A DNA stretch of 64,000 nucleotides from Octopus vulgaris (Eukaryota), in the NCBI GenBank assembly GCA_951406725.2, contig OX597825.1:22630001-22694000 (forward strand), written 5' to 3'. Under the pieces are notes generated by a model. It made no database searches. It was given only the letters and a program-made list of their open reading frames with translations, and had not been told where the DNA came from. This document shows, in pieces, positions 41,270 through 55,151 of this stretch. Positions within the stretch are counted from its first letter, which is position 1, and every line of letters begins with the position of its first letter. A program made the position numbers and the translations under genes.

Positions 41270-42115
41270 AGTGGCGGGATAACATATACGACAATGTGCT
41301 GAAAAAACCTGAATGGATTCTGAGAACTTACAGATGGGACCAAGAAACTATGCTAGTTCTATGGAGGATATTTGTACTCAGCAGTCTAGACCACCGTTCT
41401 GGATGGTGGTCAACACAGTGTCAAATTAATAGCGGAACCTGAGGCACTTGAATGGGACAACACAAAGAAGATAGCCTCGCTCTACTGCAAGAGATTGAAA
41501 GAACTACGAATATACTCCTGGAATCGCAGACAGGAGAGATATGCAGTGACATAATGGCGGAAAGTCCTAGAGCGGCAGGAACCAAGCTTTGGCATCGAAA
41601 GCGAAACCAACCCCCGAACTGGACGATAGACTACTCAACCATTCCACCTGATATGGATACCTATTTCTTTACTACCCACAAGGGGCTAAACACATGGAGG
41701 ACAAACAAGGACAGACAAAGGGATTAAGTCGATTATATCGACCCCAGTGCGTAACTGGTACTTATTTAATCGACCCCGAAAGGATGAAAGGCAAAGTCGA
41801 CCTCGACGGAATTTGAACTCAGAACATAACGGCAGATGAAATACGGCTACGCATTTCGCCCGGCATGCTAACGTTTCTGCCAGCTCACCGCCTTCTGTGG
41901 ATACCATGTACTGCAATAGCTTGATATTCAAAGCCTCGCGGTAATTCAATACCTTGAGAAGAAATTTGTATGGAGAGATCTACAGGGATTAAGGGTTGAT
42001 GACTTCAAAAAAACAATTTGGCCTCCTGCTGTCCAAGTTCCCAGGTGAGCGTACCACACATCATGAAACTTAAAGGAGGGAAGCAATATCGGACTCCCAC
42101 CTTCACCTAAAGCAA
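41270..42115 (+). mobile_element. CR1-group LINE ORF2 C-terminal remnant interrupted by SINE A
   Basis: WILRT..ETMLVLWRIFVLS.LD..W...RLKELRIYSWNRRQERY...NPRTGR...YCNSLIFK..FNTL; homologous to 15348-15625 and 58675-59193. Confidence 0.78.
41662..41894 (-). mobile_element. SINE family A1
   Basis: Full copy flanked by TGGATACC at 41654-41661 and 41898-41905. Confidence 0.93.
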
Positions 42116-42141
42116 TATATACACACACACTTACACACACA

Positions 42142-42190
<49 letters not shown>

Positions 42191-42225
42191 ATATATGCAT
42201 ATATGTATATATTTATATGTATATA

Positions 42226-42301
<76 letters not shown>

Positions 42302-42304
<3 letters not shown>

Positions 42305-42851
42305 GCACGTAGTAAGTAAATAGACACCTTTAATTTTGAAATTCTTTTACTTCATATTAACTGGTTGATGGAGGGTTTTCTTATTTCTGCTCGTCCATGA
42401 TACCCAAGCTTATGCAGATATGTAGCACATGTTCTTGGACTAACTTCTTGCTGTTTTGTAATGTCGGAAGCCTTCGAACGTGGTTCGTTTTCCACAATTC
42501 TCTTCAAACAGTGAAGCTTCCTTCGGCCGGGACGACAATCTGCTGATTCTTTTCCTGGGCTTTTGAATTGCACCACAATACTATTAACAGTAGCAAGAGG
42601 AATTTGAACGGTTTCGGCAATTTTTCGCAGCCACAGATTGCTCAACTATACAACCTCTTTGCAAATCTGACAGTTGTGCTGAATTTTCAGTGCGTGGCAT
42701 GGTTACTCTACGCAATTGTTTTATATAATGCCACCTAGAATAAAAACAAAGAATAATTACATCGTAAATTCTCCACTGCTGAAAACATATTAAGACGCAT
42801 AAATGAGAAATTTTGAAAATTAGAAGTGTCTATTTACTTCCTGTATGTCTG
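42302..42851 (-). mobile_element. Internally deleted Tc1-like transposon
   Basis: Imperfect ~40-bp TIRs CAG.CA....AAGTAAATAGACAC.T.TAATTTT, inside (TA)n; ORF 42352-42645 encodes a paired-like HTH (LRKIAETVQIPLATVNSIV...RPGR) with no DDE domain. Confidence 0.85.
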
Positions 42852-42857
42852 TATATA

Positions 42858-42947
<90 letters not shown>

Positions 42948-43017
42948 GGAGTAAACACATAAATGTGAAACAAGGTGGAAAAAGAGTACTCAAATACCAG
43001 TGGTAGAGTAATGTGCT

Positions 43018-43129
43018 TTATTTAAAGCAGCAGAAAATTCAACAAAACCTGTTACTCTGAGTTTCCCGTTGCCGGCAACGGGAAACTCAGAGTAACAGGT
43101 TTTGTTGAATTTTCTGCAACTTTAAATAA
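43018..43129. repeat. Spacer-less palindrome with 56-bp arms (PLE-terminus-like)
   Basis: Perfect 44-bp arms 43030-43073/43074-43117; two mismatches further out. Confidence 0.95.
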
Positions 43130-43157
43130 GGTATATATATATAGAGAGATAGATATC

Positions 43158-43545
43158 AGCAGTGGCTGTGTGGTAAGTAGCTTGTTTACCAACCACATGG
43201 TTCCGGGTTCAGTCATACTGCGTGGCATCTTGGGCAAGTGTTTTCTACTATAGCCTCGGGCCGACCAAAGCCCTGTGAGTGGATTTGGTAGACGGAAACT
43301 GAAAGAAGCCCGTCGTATATATGTATATATATATGAGTGTGTGTGTGTCTGTGTTTGTCCCCCTAGCATTGCTTGACAACCGATGCTGGTGTGTTTATGT
43401 CCCCGTTACTTGGCGGTTCAGCAAAAGAACCCGATAGAATAAGTACTGGGCTTACAAAAGAATAAGTCCCTGGATCAAGTTGTCGATTAAAGGCGGTGCT
43501 CCAGCATGGCCGCATTCAAATGACTGAAACAAGTAAAAGAGTAAA
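43158..43545 (+). mobile_element. SINE family C
   Basis: AGTGGCTGTGTGGTAAGTAGCTTG...GGCGGTGCTCCAGCATGGCCGC..AAATGACTGAAACAAGTAAAAGA. Confidence 0.93.
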
Positions 43546-43859
43546 AGGGAAAAGAGTATATATATATATACATATGTGTATATATGTATGAATGTATGTA
43601 TGCTTGTAAGACTTACAGCTGCAAACTGAGTGGTTTGCATGAATATCTCATTATTTTAGCATGATGAAATGCATAATTTATTATAGAATCAGAAGAATGC
43701 AGCTTCAGCACTTAAAACTAATAGGAAGATCAGAATTCTTCCAAGTATAAAATATATTCAAATGTGTTTACACATACTATATGAAAATTTATTATATACG
43801 TTTTAGCAGAGATAAACATGCGAAAGTTGTGCTGTGATTTGATAAGAGATATCGATATA

Positions 43860-44185
<326 letters not shown>

Positions 44186-44683
44186 GCAGACAAGTGCCTG
44201 GTAAGCTGGTAGATGATACGGCATAAATATAGTAAATTATTGATTCACGAAACCTATGATGCGTTCATATATTTTATTCTAATATTGCGTTCGTATATGT
44301 TATTCTGATCATTTAATTTACTAAGCAAGTGAAGTTAGAAGCACTACCAAGTTTGAAATATATTTTCTAAAATATTCCCCAACGTTGAAAAGATTTCCAA
44401 TCAATAGACACCCGCAAATTATATATGTGCTGCTACTGGCTACTTAGAAAACGAGGCAAAAAAAAAAATACTAAGAGAAGCATCGCAGAACAATGGAGGA
44501 CGGCGAGGGTTAAAATGTGCAATATTGAAATATGACATGGCAGATTAGGGATAAAGAAGACACTTTTTTTTCCAAGGGCTGTTTTCTACTACAAATCGAA
44601 AATCTTTTGAAACGAAAGCGATCTCGACGTGATTAATGATAAACAGACACATCTGGTATCGGAAAACTTATAGTAAAGAAGTG

Positions 44684-44723
<40 letters not shown>

Positions 44724-44793
44724 TGGTGTATGCATGCGTGCGTATGTGTATATAGGGGACGTATGTTCGTCTGCATGTGTTTGTGTGTGTATA

Positions 44794-44850
<57 letters not shown>

Positions 44851-44877
44851 ATATATATATTTATATATATTTTTATA

Positions 44878-44991
<114 letters not shown>

Positions 44992-45131
44992 CTAAATTCA
45001 TATGCACGCACACTCATAAAAGAGATTGAGTTAGTTAATATAATTGATTCTGACGCCATAGATTTAATTTCATATTTTTATATATACTTACATATAGGTA
45101 TATATGTATATACATATATATACATATATAA

Positions 45132-45164
<33 letters not shown>

Positions 45165-45577
45165 AATACATATACCTACACACGTAAGTGTTTTTTGGTG
45201 TCTGTGTGTGCGAGTGTGTTTGTGTGGCTCTGTGGGCATGTGTATGCTGTCACAATAAATAGAGAGGGAGAAAGCTCGTATCATTATTTCTGAATATCTA
45301 TTTTCCTTTCATTGTCACACAGAATCAATCAGCCAATAAATCTATCCCCTTGTTTATATATAAAGCTTCTGTATGTGCCTACCTAACAATCTATGCAATT
45401 ACCTACCAACCTGTTTAGCTCTGGTTATATGTCACAAACACACTCCAGGCAAGATATGAATTATGGTGAAAGCATTAAAGGTAAATAGATATATATCTCT
45501 TTCTCTCTCTGTAAAGATAATCAATTGTAAATACAGACACGATACACAGGACAAGATTAAGTGCACAAATATAAATC

Positions 45578-45618
<41 letters not shown>

Positions 45619-45685
45619 TACATACATACACACATACATATAAATAACATATATATTTTTATAAATATATATACATATATATATA

Positions 45686-45743
<58 letters not shown>

Positions 45744-45746
45744 CGT

Positions 45747-45839
<93 letters not shown>

Positions 45840-45884
45840 CATGCATACACACACATATATATATATATATGTATATATATATCG

Positions 45885-46605
45885 CGGGACCACTCTTCCA
45901 TCTTCCCCTCTGCTGGAGTCCTTTTCCTTAAACTCCCCCCTTTTTTCGTTACACACACGCGCACACATATACACACATTGCTTAAACATATACATTACTC
46001 TTACACACATTCAATCTACTCGCCATTAATACTACCACGACACTGGACACACACACACACTACTACTCAACACACGCTGGCACGCTACATACGCCCCCAC
46101 CCCTTCCCCTCCCTCCCTTCCTCCTTCCTCCCTTTTCTTACTACTGACCTTTGTCTGCTACGCTGCTGCTATGCTGACCACCGTCTCGCCCTACCTCACA
46201 CGCCTACACACAGACGCACACACTAACACATACATATATTTTTTGTTTTTTTATCTCGCCTCACACACACACATACACACACGCACACGCACACACTCAC
46301 ACATACACACACATCTGTTGCGTTACCAACCTTGTCTCCACTCTTTTGCCTTTAAAAACCCACTTTGCTCTTGTTATCGTAAACATCCGCCTTTCACCAT
46401 GTGTAACTCCTAACACCAGTCGTTTTTTTCTCTATCTCCGTTGCCCGCTCTGGGATCTTTCTTTCCTCTCTCTTCCTTCTTTATGTTTCCGACGAAGAGC
46501 TCCGCTCGAAACGTCATACCTCCCTGCTTCCATTTCCTGAGCGCCTATTAATAATAATACTGTAATTGTTCCATTGTTGTTGTTTTTTTGTTTCCCGTTT
46601 GGATT

Positions 46606-46610
<5 letters not shown>
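45885..46610 (+). mobile_element. PLE pseudo-LTR-like pyrimidine/CA-rich segment ending in a hammerhead motif (46485-46520)
   Basis: GTTT-CCGACGA-A-GAGC-TCC-GCTC-GAAA-CG-TC-ATAC; truncated related copy at ~10950-10985. Confidence 0.65.
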
Positions 46611-46645
<35 letters not shown>

Positions 46646-46682
46646 TTTGTGTGTGTGTGTTCTATTCATATGCAAATACGCA

Positions 46683-47030
46683 TAGGAACGCTGTCTCACC
46701 CATTGGTCCATTGATCGGTGATAACAGCATTCTCCAACACTGTGCTAAAAAAATGGCAGACGTTCTGCAGAAACAACACTACTGTCTTTAGTGATCCCAC
46801 TGATATCAACGAAAGGGATGCGAACGAAGTCGATTCGGAACATATAATCTCGGACATAATCTTTACTGTTTCAGACATCATAGCTGCAAAAACTGAGATC
46901 AAATAATATTCTACTGTAGGTCCTGATAGAATACCCGCTAGTATCTTGAAGGAATGTCGACACCAACTTGCAGTCCCTTTGACCAACTTCTTATCCCAGT
47001 CTGTCATCCCCGTTTCCAAACAGGGTAACA
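46683..47030 (+). mobile_element. CR1-like LINE ORF2 fragment upstream of the RT core
   Basis: IGPL...VFSDP...DIIFTVSDII...VGPDRIPASILKECRHQLAVPLT...VIPVSKQGN. Confidence 0.75.
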
Positions 47031-47088
47031 TATATATATTTATATATGTATGTATGTATGTAAGTATGTATGTATGTATGTATGTAAG

Positions 47089-47122
<34 letters not shown>

Positions 47123-47394
47123 TGTATGTATGTATGTATGTATGTATGTATGTATCAGTGTGTATATGTGTATGTATATAGTTACCGTTTAACAAATCTA
47201 CACAAATGGTATTGGTGGTCCGCGTTTATTGTAAGAGATGTCATCCCGAAATTTACTGTGCTCAAAACGAGATCGTTACGAAGCGATCTTCCCAATTACT
47301 TAGCTACACTTGTATTAGAAAGATAAGAGGTTAAATAAATGCATAGGAAATAACACTCTATGGAAACAGAAATGAGGAGTAAATATTTCAAGAT

Positions 47395-47833
47395 TTATCA
47401 CAAGGCCAGCAATTTGGGGGGAAAGAAGAAGTCGATAACATCGTCCCCAGTGTTCAACTGGTACTTAATTTATCGGCGAGCTGGCAGAAACGTTAGCACG
47501 CCGGGCGAAATGCGTTGCCGTATTTCGTCTGCCATTAGGTTCTGAGTTTAAATTCCGGCAAGGCCGACTTGGCCTTTCATCCTTTCGGGGTCGATAAATT
47601 AAGTACCGGTTACGCACTGGGGCCGATGTAATCGACTTAAACCATTTGTCCTTGTTTGTCCTCTCTGTGTTTAGCCCCTTGTGGGTAGTAAATAAATAGG
47701 TACTTAATTTATCGATCCCGGATGGATGAGAGGGAAAGTGGACCTCGGCAGAATTTGAACTTAAAACATAAAGACGGACGAAATGCCGCTAAGCATTGTC
47801 ACCGGCGTGTTAACGATTCTGCGAGTTCGCCCC
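47395..47833. mobile_element. Nested SINE A: plus-strand A1 copy (47476-47698) inside a minus-strand A2 copy
   Basis: 16-bp TSD GGTACTTAATTTATCG at 47460-47475 and 47699-47714. Confidence 0.93.
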
Positions 47834-48549
47834 CTAATGGGAAGGAAAATATTATCATAATACGTGCTTCTAAACTGCACCAACGAGTTTACACCAGCGC
47901 ACATGATTCCAACTAAAACCTGCATTGAGGAATGTGCCGGAGTTTTTAATGGTATTTGCGCGCATTTAGGTACACAGTATCCAACGCTGGCCGAAATTTC
48001 TTCATTAAAATTACGAAGAATTTAGAGATGAGAAATCCCTTTACGTATTCATTCATGAAATCCATTTGTAGCAAATGTGCAAGTTAGAATTAGCTCAAGT
48101 GTTTGATTAGATAAATATTTTCGTAATGGAAGAAAATATTAATATGAAGACTAGATTGGAGTTTACTGAGCTGCAACGAAGTGGAACAAGGAAACATTGA
48201 TTGACAATATACCGCTTAACAAATCTATAAGTTCTTAAATGATTTATATCCAAATAAGCATGATTCCATGGAATTATAAGTCCAGAACATTGGTGCATAA
48301 AATTAACTGTTGCAGTTTGTTCAGTTTGTTTTGAATAGAAGATAAACATTATTAAACGCAGGCAAATTGGCATTGGATGTTAATGCTGGTTATCATGTTG
48401 TGCGACGTTTGTTCTGACTACTTGCTGTGAGATTTCAAGTCTTATCAATATCAAATTTGTCTTTCATTCATTCAAGTTTGGTCAAATACCAATGCAGAGT
48501 GAAAGAGTGATGGAACTAACAGGATGCCGCGTGATATTTGTCCTAGCTT

Positions 48550-48781
48550 AAGGCGGCGAGCTAGTAGAATCGTTAGCACGCTGGGCAAAATGCCTAACGG
48601 TATTTCGTCTGCCGCTACGTTCTGAGTTCAAATTCCGCCGAGGTCGACTTTGCCTTTCATCCTTTCGGGGTCGATAAATTAAGTACAGTTACGCACTGGG
48701 GTCGATATAATCGACTTAATCCGTTTGTCTGTCTTTGTTTGTCCTCTCTGTGTTTAGCCCCTTGTGGGTAGTAAAGAAATA
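48550..48781 (+). mobile_element. SINE family A1 with 17-bp TSD
   Basis: TSD GATATTTGTCCTAGCTT at 48533-48549 and 48782-48798. Confidence 0.95.
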
Positions 48782-49194
48782 GATATTTGTCCTAGCTTGA
48801 AACGTTCAGCGCTCAAAGCGTACCATGTCTATTTAAGTGGGAATCATAATGTATTGTCCCGGCTAACGCAACCACCTGACAGATTAGATGATTTTAGTGA
48901 AGACGACACCTACAAGCATTGGACCATGTCTGTTCTAAAGGTTACATACCACGATACCTTTCTTTCACAAGTCTCGGACACCTAGCAGAAGATAAGGATT
49001 GAATTCATTCTGTAGACCACAACACGTTGAACATACTGCCTGATCTCACGTTATTTTGGCAAGTGTTAAATTGCTAGAAAGTATTTTTACTGGAGGGCGT
49101 TTCCAAACAAAATCATCAAGCAACCAGCAATAAAACGGTACTGAAGTACGAATAACGGTACGAATAACTCAAACTTCAAGCAATCCCTTATCTT

Positions 49195-49395
49195 GTTGAG
49201 CTTCACAAAAGAAACAGAGGGGAAAATTTGAATAAGAATCCCCTAGGAATCATATAATCATGAAGGCAAATTGCAGGAGCTGAGCAATCCTTTACATTGC
49301 TGAGATTCACAAAAGAAATGGAGGGGAAAATCAAAAAAGAATCCCCTGAGGATCATACATTCATCAAGGCAAAAGTAGGAGTTGAAACACTTCCG
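49195..49395. repeat. Imperfect ~105-bp tandem repeat (2 copies)
   Basis: TTCACAAAAGAAA..GAGGGGAAAAT...AAGAATCCCCT...ATCATA...AAGGCAAA...AGGAG.TGA occurs twice. Confidence 0.8.
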
Positions 49396-49842
49396 GCGGA
49401 AGGGAACAACAAAGGTAAAAGGATGAGAATTTAGATGAAGATGGGTCACTTAGAATATTTTAACAGAACAACAATCATTAAAACAGTTCTTGAACATAGA
49501 TATAGAAAGAATGTTCCAGAGACGTGAGACGAGACCAAATTTCGCTGCCAAAGTAAGAAATAACTTTAGAATAGTTTTATATACTTGATCAAGAGTAGTA
49601 AGATGATATGCATTCGCGTTATGCCCAACGCAAAAGGATCCTTCCTCTCTCCCTTCTCCCTCCAAAGAGAATCTTCGGTATCTTATAAAGGCAAAGTATG
49701 GTTTACAATTTGATCTAGATAACTAAAGTATTATAGACAAACACACGTACAGATCCATACGCACAAACGCACACAAACACGCAGAAGGAGATAAAGGTAT
49801 CTGTGTCAATCTAGATGTAGCAAAAATACTTTATAAAAGATC

Positions 49843-50076
49843 ACTCGCGGTTTCGATTCCCAGACCGGGTGTTGTGAGGGTTTATTGAGCGAAAACACCT
49901 AGAGGCTCCACGAGGCTCCGGCAGGGCGTGATCCCTGCTGTACACTTTCAACACAACTTTCTCTCACACTTTCTTCTGTTGGCCTGCGTCATTGGAGGCT
50001 GAAACAATGCGAAGCGCATTGTGACCAGCGATGTGTAGCAACATATGATGGCCAGGTCGGTCACGTTATCACGTGA
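49843..50076 (+). mobile_element. SINE family B with an alternative tail
   Basis: CGCGGTTTCGATTCCCAGACCGGG...ACAACTTTCTCTCAC, then TTGGCCTGCGTCATTGGAGGCTGAAACAATGCGAAGCGCATTGTGACC. Confidence 0.8.
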
Positions 50077-51069
50077 TTCAATAACGGCCGTCAACCTGGA
50101 TTCCGAATGCCTCTTATGCTGGCGTATTACCACAGAAGTTACATCAACACTTCTATTCAAAACAGGAATTGTCATTTTCGATAGTCTTCAAATTTGTCCA
50201 GAGGTAATGCATATGTCGAAGCATCTATGAAAGAAGATTACACCATACATTTGGCAGATGCAAAACGGAATTATTACACACACATATCTCCCGTTTTCTC
50301 ATTTGCATTTAACCACAATTTATTCAAATATTGCGTGCAATATTAACGTATTTATTTTTCAGTAACTCTGTATATAATATCTAGGCATAAATTAGATTAT
50401 GATAGTAAAAACCGTTATTGAAACAAAGATACCTGATGGGAGATATTTACATGTCATTTGCATTTTGAGAAGTAAATAGATAAAAAGATTATTTATATAA
50501 AAATTAGTTACTAGAAAGCCAAGACAGATCTTACAACTGACATATGAAATCTTTGGAAGTGCACCGCACAGGTACGACACTTAAATAAATATATGTATTT
50601 ATATAACTGTCTGTGTGAGTGCGGGGAGGTGTCCCCGTCTGTGTGTGTATGCGTGTGTATGTGTCCGTGCATGTGTGCGTTTGTGTGTGTGTGAATTCAT
50701 ACATAGTTATAGTATACAATTTAACATTTATATATGCATAGCATGATACAGATCTCTGCGTATGTATATATGTGCTTGTGTAGTTCTCTATGTGTAGATA
50801 TATGTGTCGTGTGCATATGTGTCTGTATGTGTGTTAGGGTGTATGTATGTATGTAAGTATGTATATATATATATATATATAGATATATATAACAGCACAT
50901 ATACAGGCACAAGCATATATACATGACAAGTATTGAAGTATCTGTTCCCGTAGTGACATGTTGCATTATATAAATACATACCTGTGACTATGATAAGAAT
51001 CTCATATGCATAATCTCCATATCACATGTCGATATTTCTCAGTCACCATCTATTAAATTATAGGTGTCT

Positions 51070-51152
<83 letters not shown>

Positions 51153-51164
51153 GTAGAGAGAGAG

Positions 51165-51260
<96 letters not shown>

Positions 51261-51493
51261 TAGATTGGATTCATAAAGTATCGTGGCATATCAAAGTGAA
51301 AGGCACCACAGTTACTGGATAAAGAGCATGATGCAAATGAGACAGTTACGCAATTGTACAATACATTATCATAAGACTGAATGCAGCGATGAAAAGAAGA
51401 TCACTGTGGTTTGGTCGTCCGCAACTCCAATATCATCCCAAAGTATTCAAAGATGAATGGTGTCTTAAGCGTGGCATGAAAACATAATAAAAA

Positions 51494-51634
51494 CAGATGA
51501 GTGGCTTTACTAGTTATGAAACAATCGTTTCGTTAAAATCCTTTATTTTGACATAAACATGGCACAGTCAAGTATGCAACATGTACATCATTGGTAAGAT
51601 TATGTAATTTATTACGTAAATCTCAACTCATCAG
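51494..51634. ncRNA. Head-to-head pair of hammerhead-like cores sharing one helix-III palindrome
   Basis: Plus strand CAGATGA-GTGGCT/AGTTAT-GAAA-CAATCG; minus strand CTGATGA(51628-51634)-GTTGAGATT/GATTTTAAC-GAAA-CGATTG; shared GAAACAATCGTTTC 51518-51531. Confidence 0.45.
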
Positions 51635-51708
51635 GCACACCAATAAAGAAGCTAGCAGTGGGCTGTTGATAAATATGCAGGTCATCAACAAGTGAAAATT
51701 CTGATCAC

Positions 51709-51941
51709 TTTTACTGGTTTCAGTCATTTGACAGAGGCCATGCTGGAGCACCGCCTTTGGTCGAGCAGATCGACCCCAGCAGTTATTCTTTGTAAGCCTA
51801 GTACTTATTCTATCGGTCTGTTTTGTCGAACCGCTAAGTTACAAAGACGTAAACTCACCAGCATCGGTTGTCAAGTGATGTTGGGGAGACAAACACAGAC
51901 ACAGAAACATGTACACACACTCACACACATACACACACACG

Positions 51942-51975
<34 letters not shown>

Positions 51976-52138
51976 AACATAACTTCTTTCAGTTTCTGTC
52001 TACCAAATCCACTCACAAGGCTTCGGTCGGCCCGAGGCTATAGTAGAATACCCTTGATCAAGTTGCCACGCAGTGGGACCGAACCCGGAACCATGTAGTT
52101 GGTAAGCAAGCTACTTACCACACATCAACTCCTACGCC
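51709..52138 (-). mobile_element. SINE family C
   Basis: TTTCAGTCATTTGACAGAGGCCATGCTGGAGCACCGCC...GCTACTTACCACAC. Confidence 0.9.
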
Positions 52139-52364
52139 AATTATTAACATTTAAAAAACAGAAAATAGGTAGGACTACAATGTGTCAATCACAACTGTTG
52201 ATAAGAGAATCTGGTTGTAAGCTAAATAATTGTTAAAAAGCATTTCTATTATAAAAATGTGATTAAAATCAACATAGTCGCTCATAAAGGATGGTAGTGA
52301 CCAAACGGCAAGCATGATATTTGAGCCTATCGAAACATATTTTAAAATACCTCTCACCTGGTTA

Positions 52365-53560
52365 GGGTCACCATTGGCAGCACGGTTAATGCAATAACCG
52401 CTGCCGACTCCGCATGAATTCAATCGTAGATAGAACCTCAAAACCCTCCTCATTCTTCGCAACATATACACACAACCGCAAGTCCCGAAGTATTTCTTGT
52501 ACCTTATCCTGGTCCATAGACTGCGAAGACCCCCCACCCCCACCGCACAGTACTAACCACCGAGTTTCTAAATTCTGTTTAATGGGATCGCTCGCTAACC
52601 TGCACCACAACAACTCCTCATTATTCAATAGGTTCTCTGATGTAATCTTTTCATGCATGCACAAATTTTATTCATTGTTTCCCGTTACGTAAACCCCCTT
52701 TAATTTCTCCTAATTACACTTCAGGCTTAACTTAGCACTTCGTTATGCTAACAACATATCCGTTCGCTTTATACCCCTTATTTCTATTTCCCTCTCCCTA
52801 TCTTCTTTGGTTATGCCTTTCTCCTTATCTCAGCCTATCTTCCTATGCACTAACCTACATCCATTCATCGAACTCCCTCCCCATCACCCTGGCTGCATAT
52901 ATAATGAGCTCCTATCCCTTATTGTTTCACAATTTTCCTCACTGTATGCTTCTTGTACCTATTTCCCTATTCAAATCAGACTTCCTCCTCCGCTACCCCA
53001 CTTCCATTCCCTACTCATTCATTGACTCTTCCCCTTGTGTTCTAGAACGTCAGCCATCCCAGGTTAATTAAACATTTGGTTAGCAACATATCCACTAACG
53101 TCACCTCTTGTCACAATACTGACACAATACACAGCCTCCTCTCCACCCTCCGACTTCTGCTGCTATTCAATCCTCCTGATTTCTCACCTCCCCTTCCCTC
53201 TCGCTGCCTCCTATTTCCTATCTACAGCCCCCACCCGTCCCTAGACAACCTGCATTCTCTCTCTCCATGTCTTTACTCTTCTTCCATTCAACCCTTAATT
53301 TTCTCAGACCGCGATGTTACCTTCAATTAGTCAATATTCCGCTCCTGACGAAGGAAGCCGGTAGTGCACTCATGTTTCTATCCATCCATCTGCCTGTTGT
53401 ATATCAATGACCTTTTGCACACACCATCTACAAATTTTAAACGTTTCAATTATTACGTAATTCCGTGCTCTCTAAAAAAGCTGTCGAGTTCAAAAGCCTA
53501 TATATTCTCCCTTTAGTTCTTTTCTACTTTTTATACATCGTGTAAATTTATTGATCAATA
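52365..53560 (+). mobile_element. PLE 3' end: GIY-YIG C-terminal remnant, pyrimidine-rich pseudo-LTR and degenerate hammerhead (53341-53489)
   Basis: IGST near 52375; ORF 52414-52692 ...LSWSI...KFCLMGSLANL....LFNRFSDVIFSCMHK resembles the PLE W.I...C.LCL.EK..I...LLN.R.E....C.H motif; GCTC-CTGACGA...AAAA-AAGCTG-TC-GAGT. Confidence 0.65.
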
Positions 53561-53908
53561 TGTATATAATTATCTATATGATCGCACATATGTAATTATG
53601 TTTTTCGCTTTTTGTTTCTCTCTATATATATCACGATATCTATATATATATAACTACATGTGCATATTATGTATATCTATATATACCAAGATTAATAGTG
53701 TTTCTCTGTATCACTGTCCCACTCCCTCTGTCTCTCTGTGTATATATGTGTGCGTGCGCGCGTGCTTATGCGTAAGTGAGTATGTATGCGAGTTTCTTGA
53801 GCATGTTTCTCGAAGACAAATACTGCATCTAAAAAAGGAATGTTTACATTTCAAATTGAATTAGAGATTTTATCTATGTACCTATCCGTCTATCAATCTC
53901 TTCATATA

Positions 53909-53992
<84 letters not shown>

Positions 53993-54616
53993 TGTGTGTG
54001 TGTGTGTATAGTTTATAAAAATAATTTCAGGTTAAAAATAACTTGAATAGGTTTTGTAAATTCTTTCTTGTGGTTGATGAAATCACAGAAGATATTTTTC
54101 TATATAAATAAAGAAATATTGAGGAGATAATTGTGAAAAGAAATTGAGCAAGAAATTTATCCAATACTGAATGCTTATCCATTCTTAATCCAGTATATAA
54201 TTCTTATCTAAAATTTACCTTACCTATTTGAATTACGTATAAAAATTTGCCCTTAGCAGAAATACGTGGTTCTATGAGCGAGAAGAATAGAAAATCTTTG
54301 CTTTATAATATTGTGAACCTGTACTATTATAACGTTCTGAGATATTTTATTCATGAATCTACAGTTAAAGTTCGGGATACTTACGATAAGTTTTAAAAGA
54401 ACTAAGTTACTGCAAATATTTCCATTCAGAAAATTTGACCGAACGTCATTAGTCATGCAAAGCTGTACAGATTGTGATACTATAATAAACACATAAAAAA
54501 GTACTTACACATATATTAGGTTATCATGACAAGCGTCGTAGGACTATTAGAATTATAGATTTTTTTTATGAATCCAATATGGCAGCACATAACTTCATCA
54601 AAAGACATAGATTATA

Positions 54617-54673
<57 letters not shown>

Positions 54674-54676
54674 ATG

Positions 54677-54707
<31 letters not shown>

Positions 54708-54718
54708 GTATATGTATG

Positions 54719-54753
<35 letters not shown>

Positions 54754-54807
54754 GTGTGTGTGTGTGTATGTATGTATGTATTATGTGTGTATGTATGTAT
54801 GTATGTA

Positions 54808-54872
<65 letters not shown>

Positions 54873-54998
54873 GTGTGTGTGTATGTATGTGTGTATGTAT
54901 GTATATATATATAATTTTATAGGGTGCTGAATACTTTTAGAAATTTGACCACCGGTGGTCTATCATGTATAAAAAGTCAATAGACAAGAAAATCCTCA

Positions 54999-55151
54999 AT
55001 ATAAATTAGTGTACACCTAAACAGAAAAGAAAACTACCTTTCATAGGTAATTTTTACACGCTAGACAAAGCAGTCAAAGTGGCTTTTAGCTTGTAAATAT
55101 TACCTATTAAAGATAGTTTTCTCTTCTGTTTAAATGTACACTATTTTATAT
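54999..55151. repeat. Inverted repeat (~66-bp arms, ~85% identical) next to a PLE-terminus remnant (55185-55320)
   Basis: ATATAAATTAGTGTACACCTAAACAGAAAAGAAAACTACCTTTCATAGGTAAT versus reverse complement of 55086-55151; CTGACGAAGA at 55212. Confidence 0.85.
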
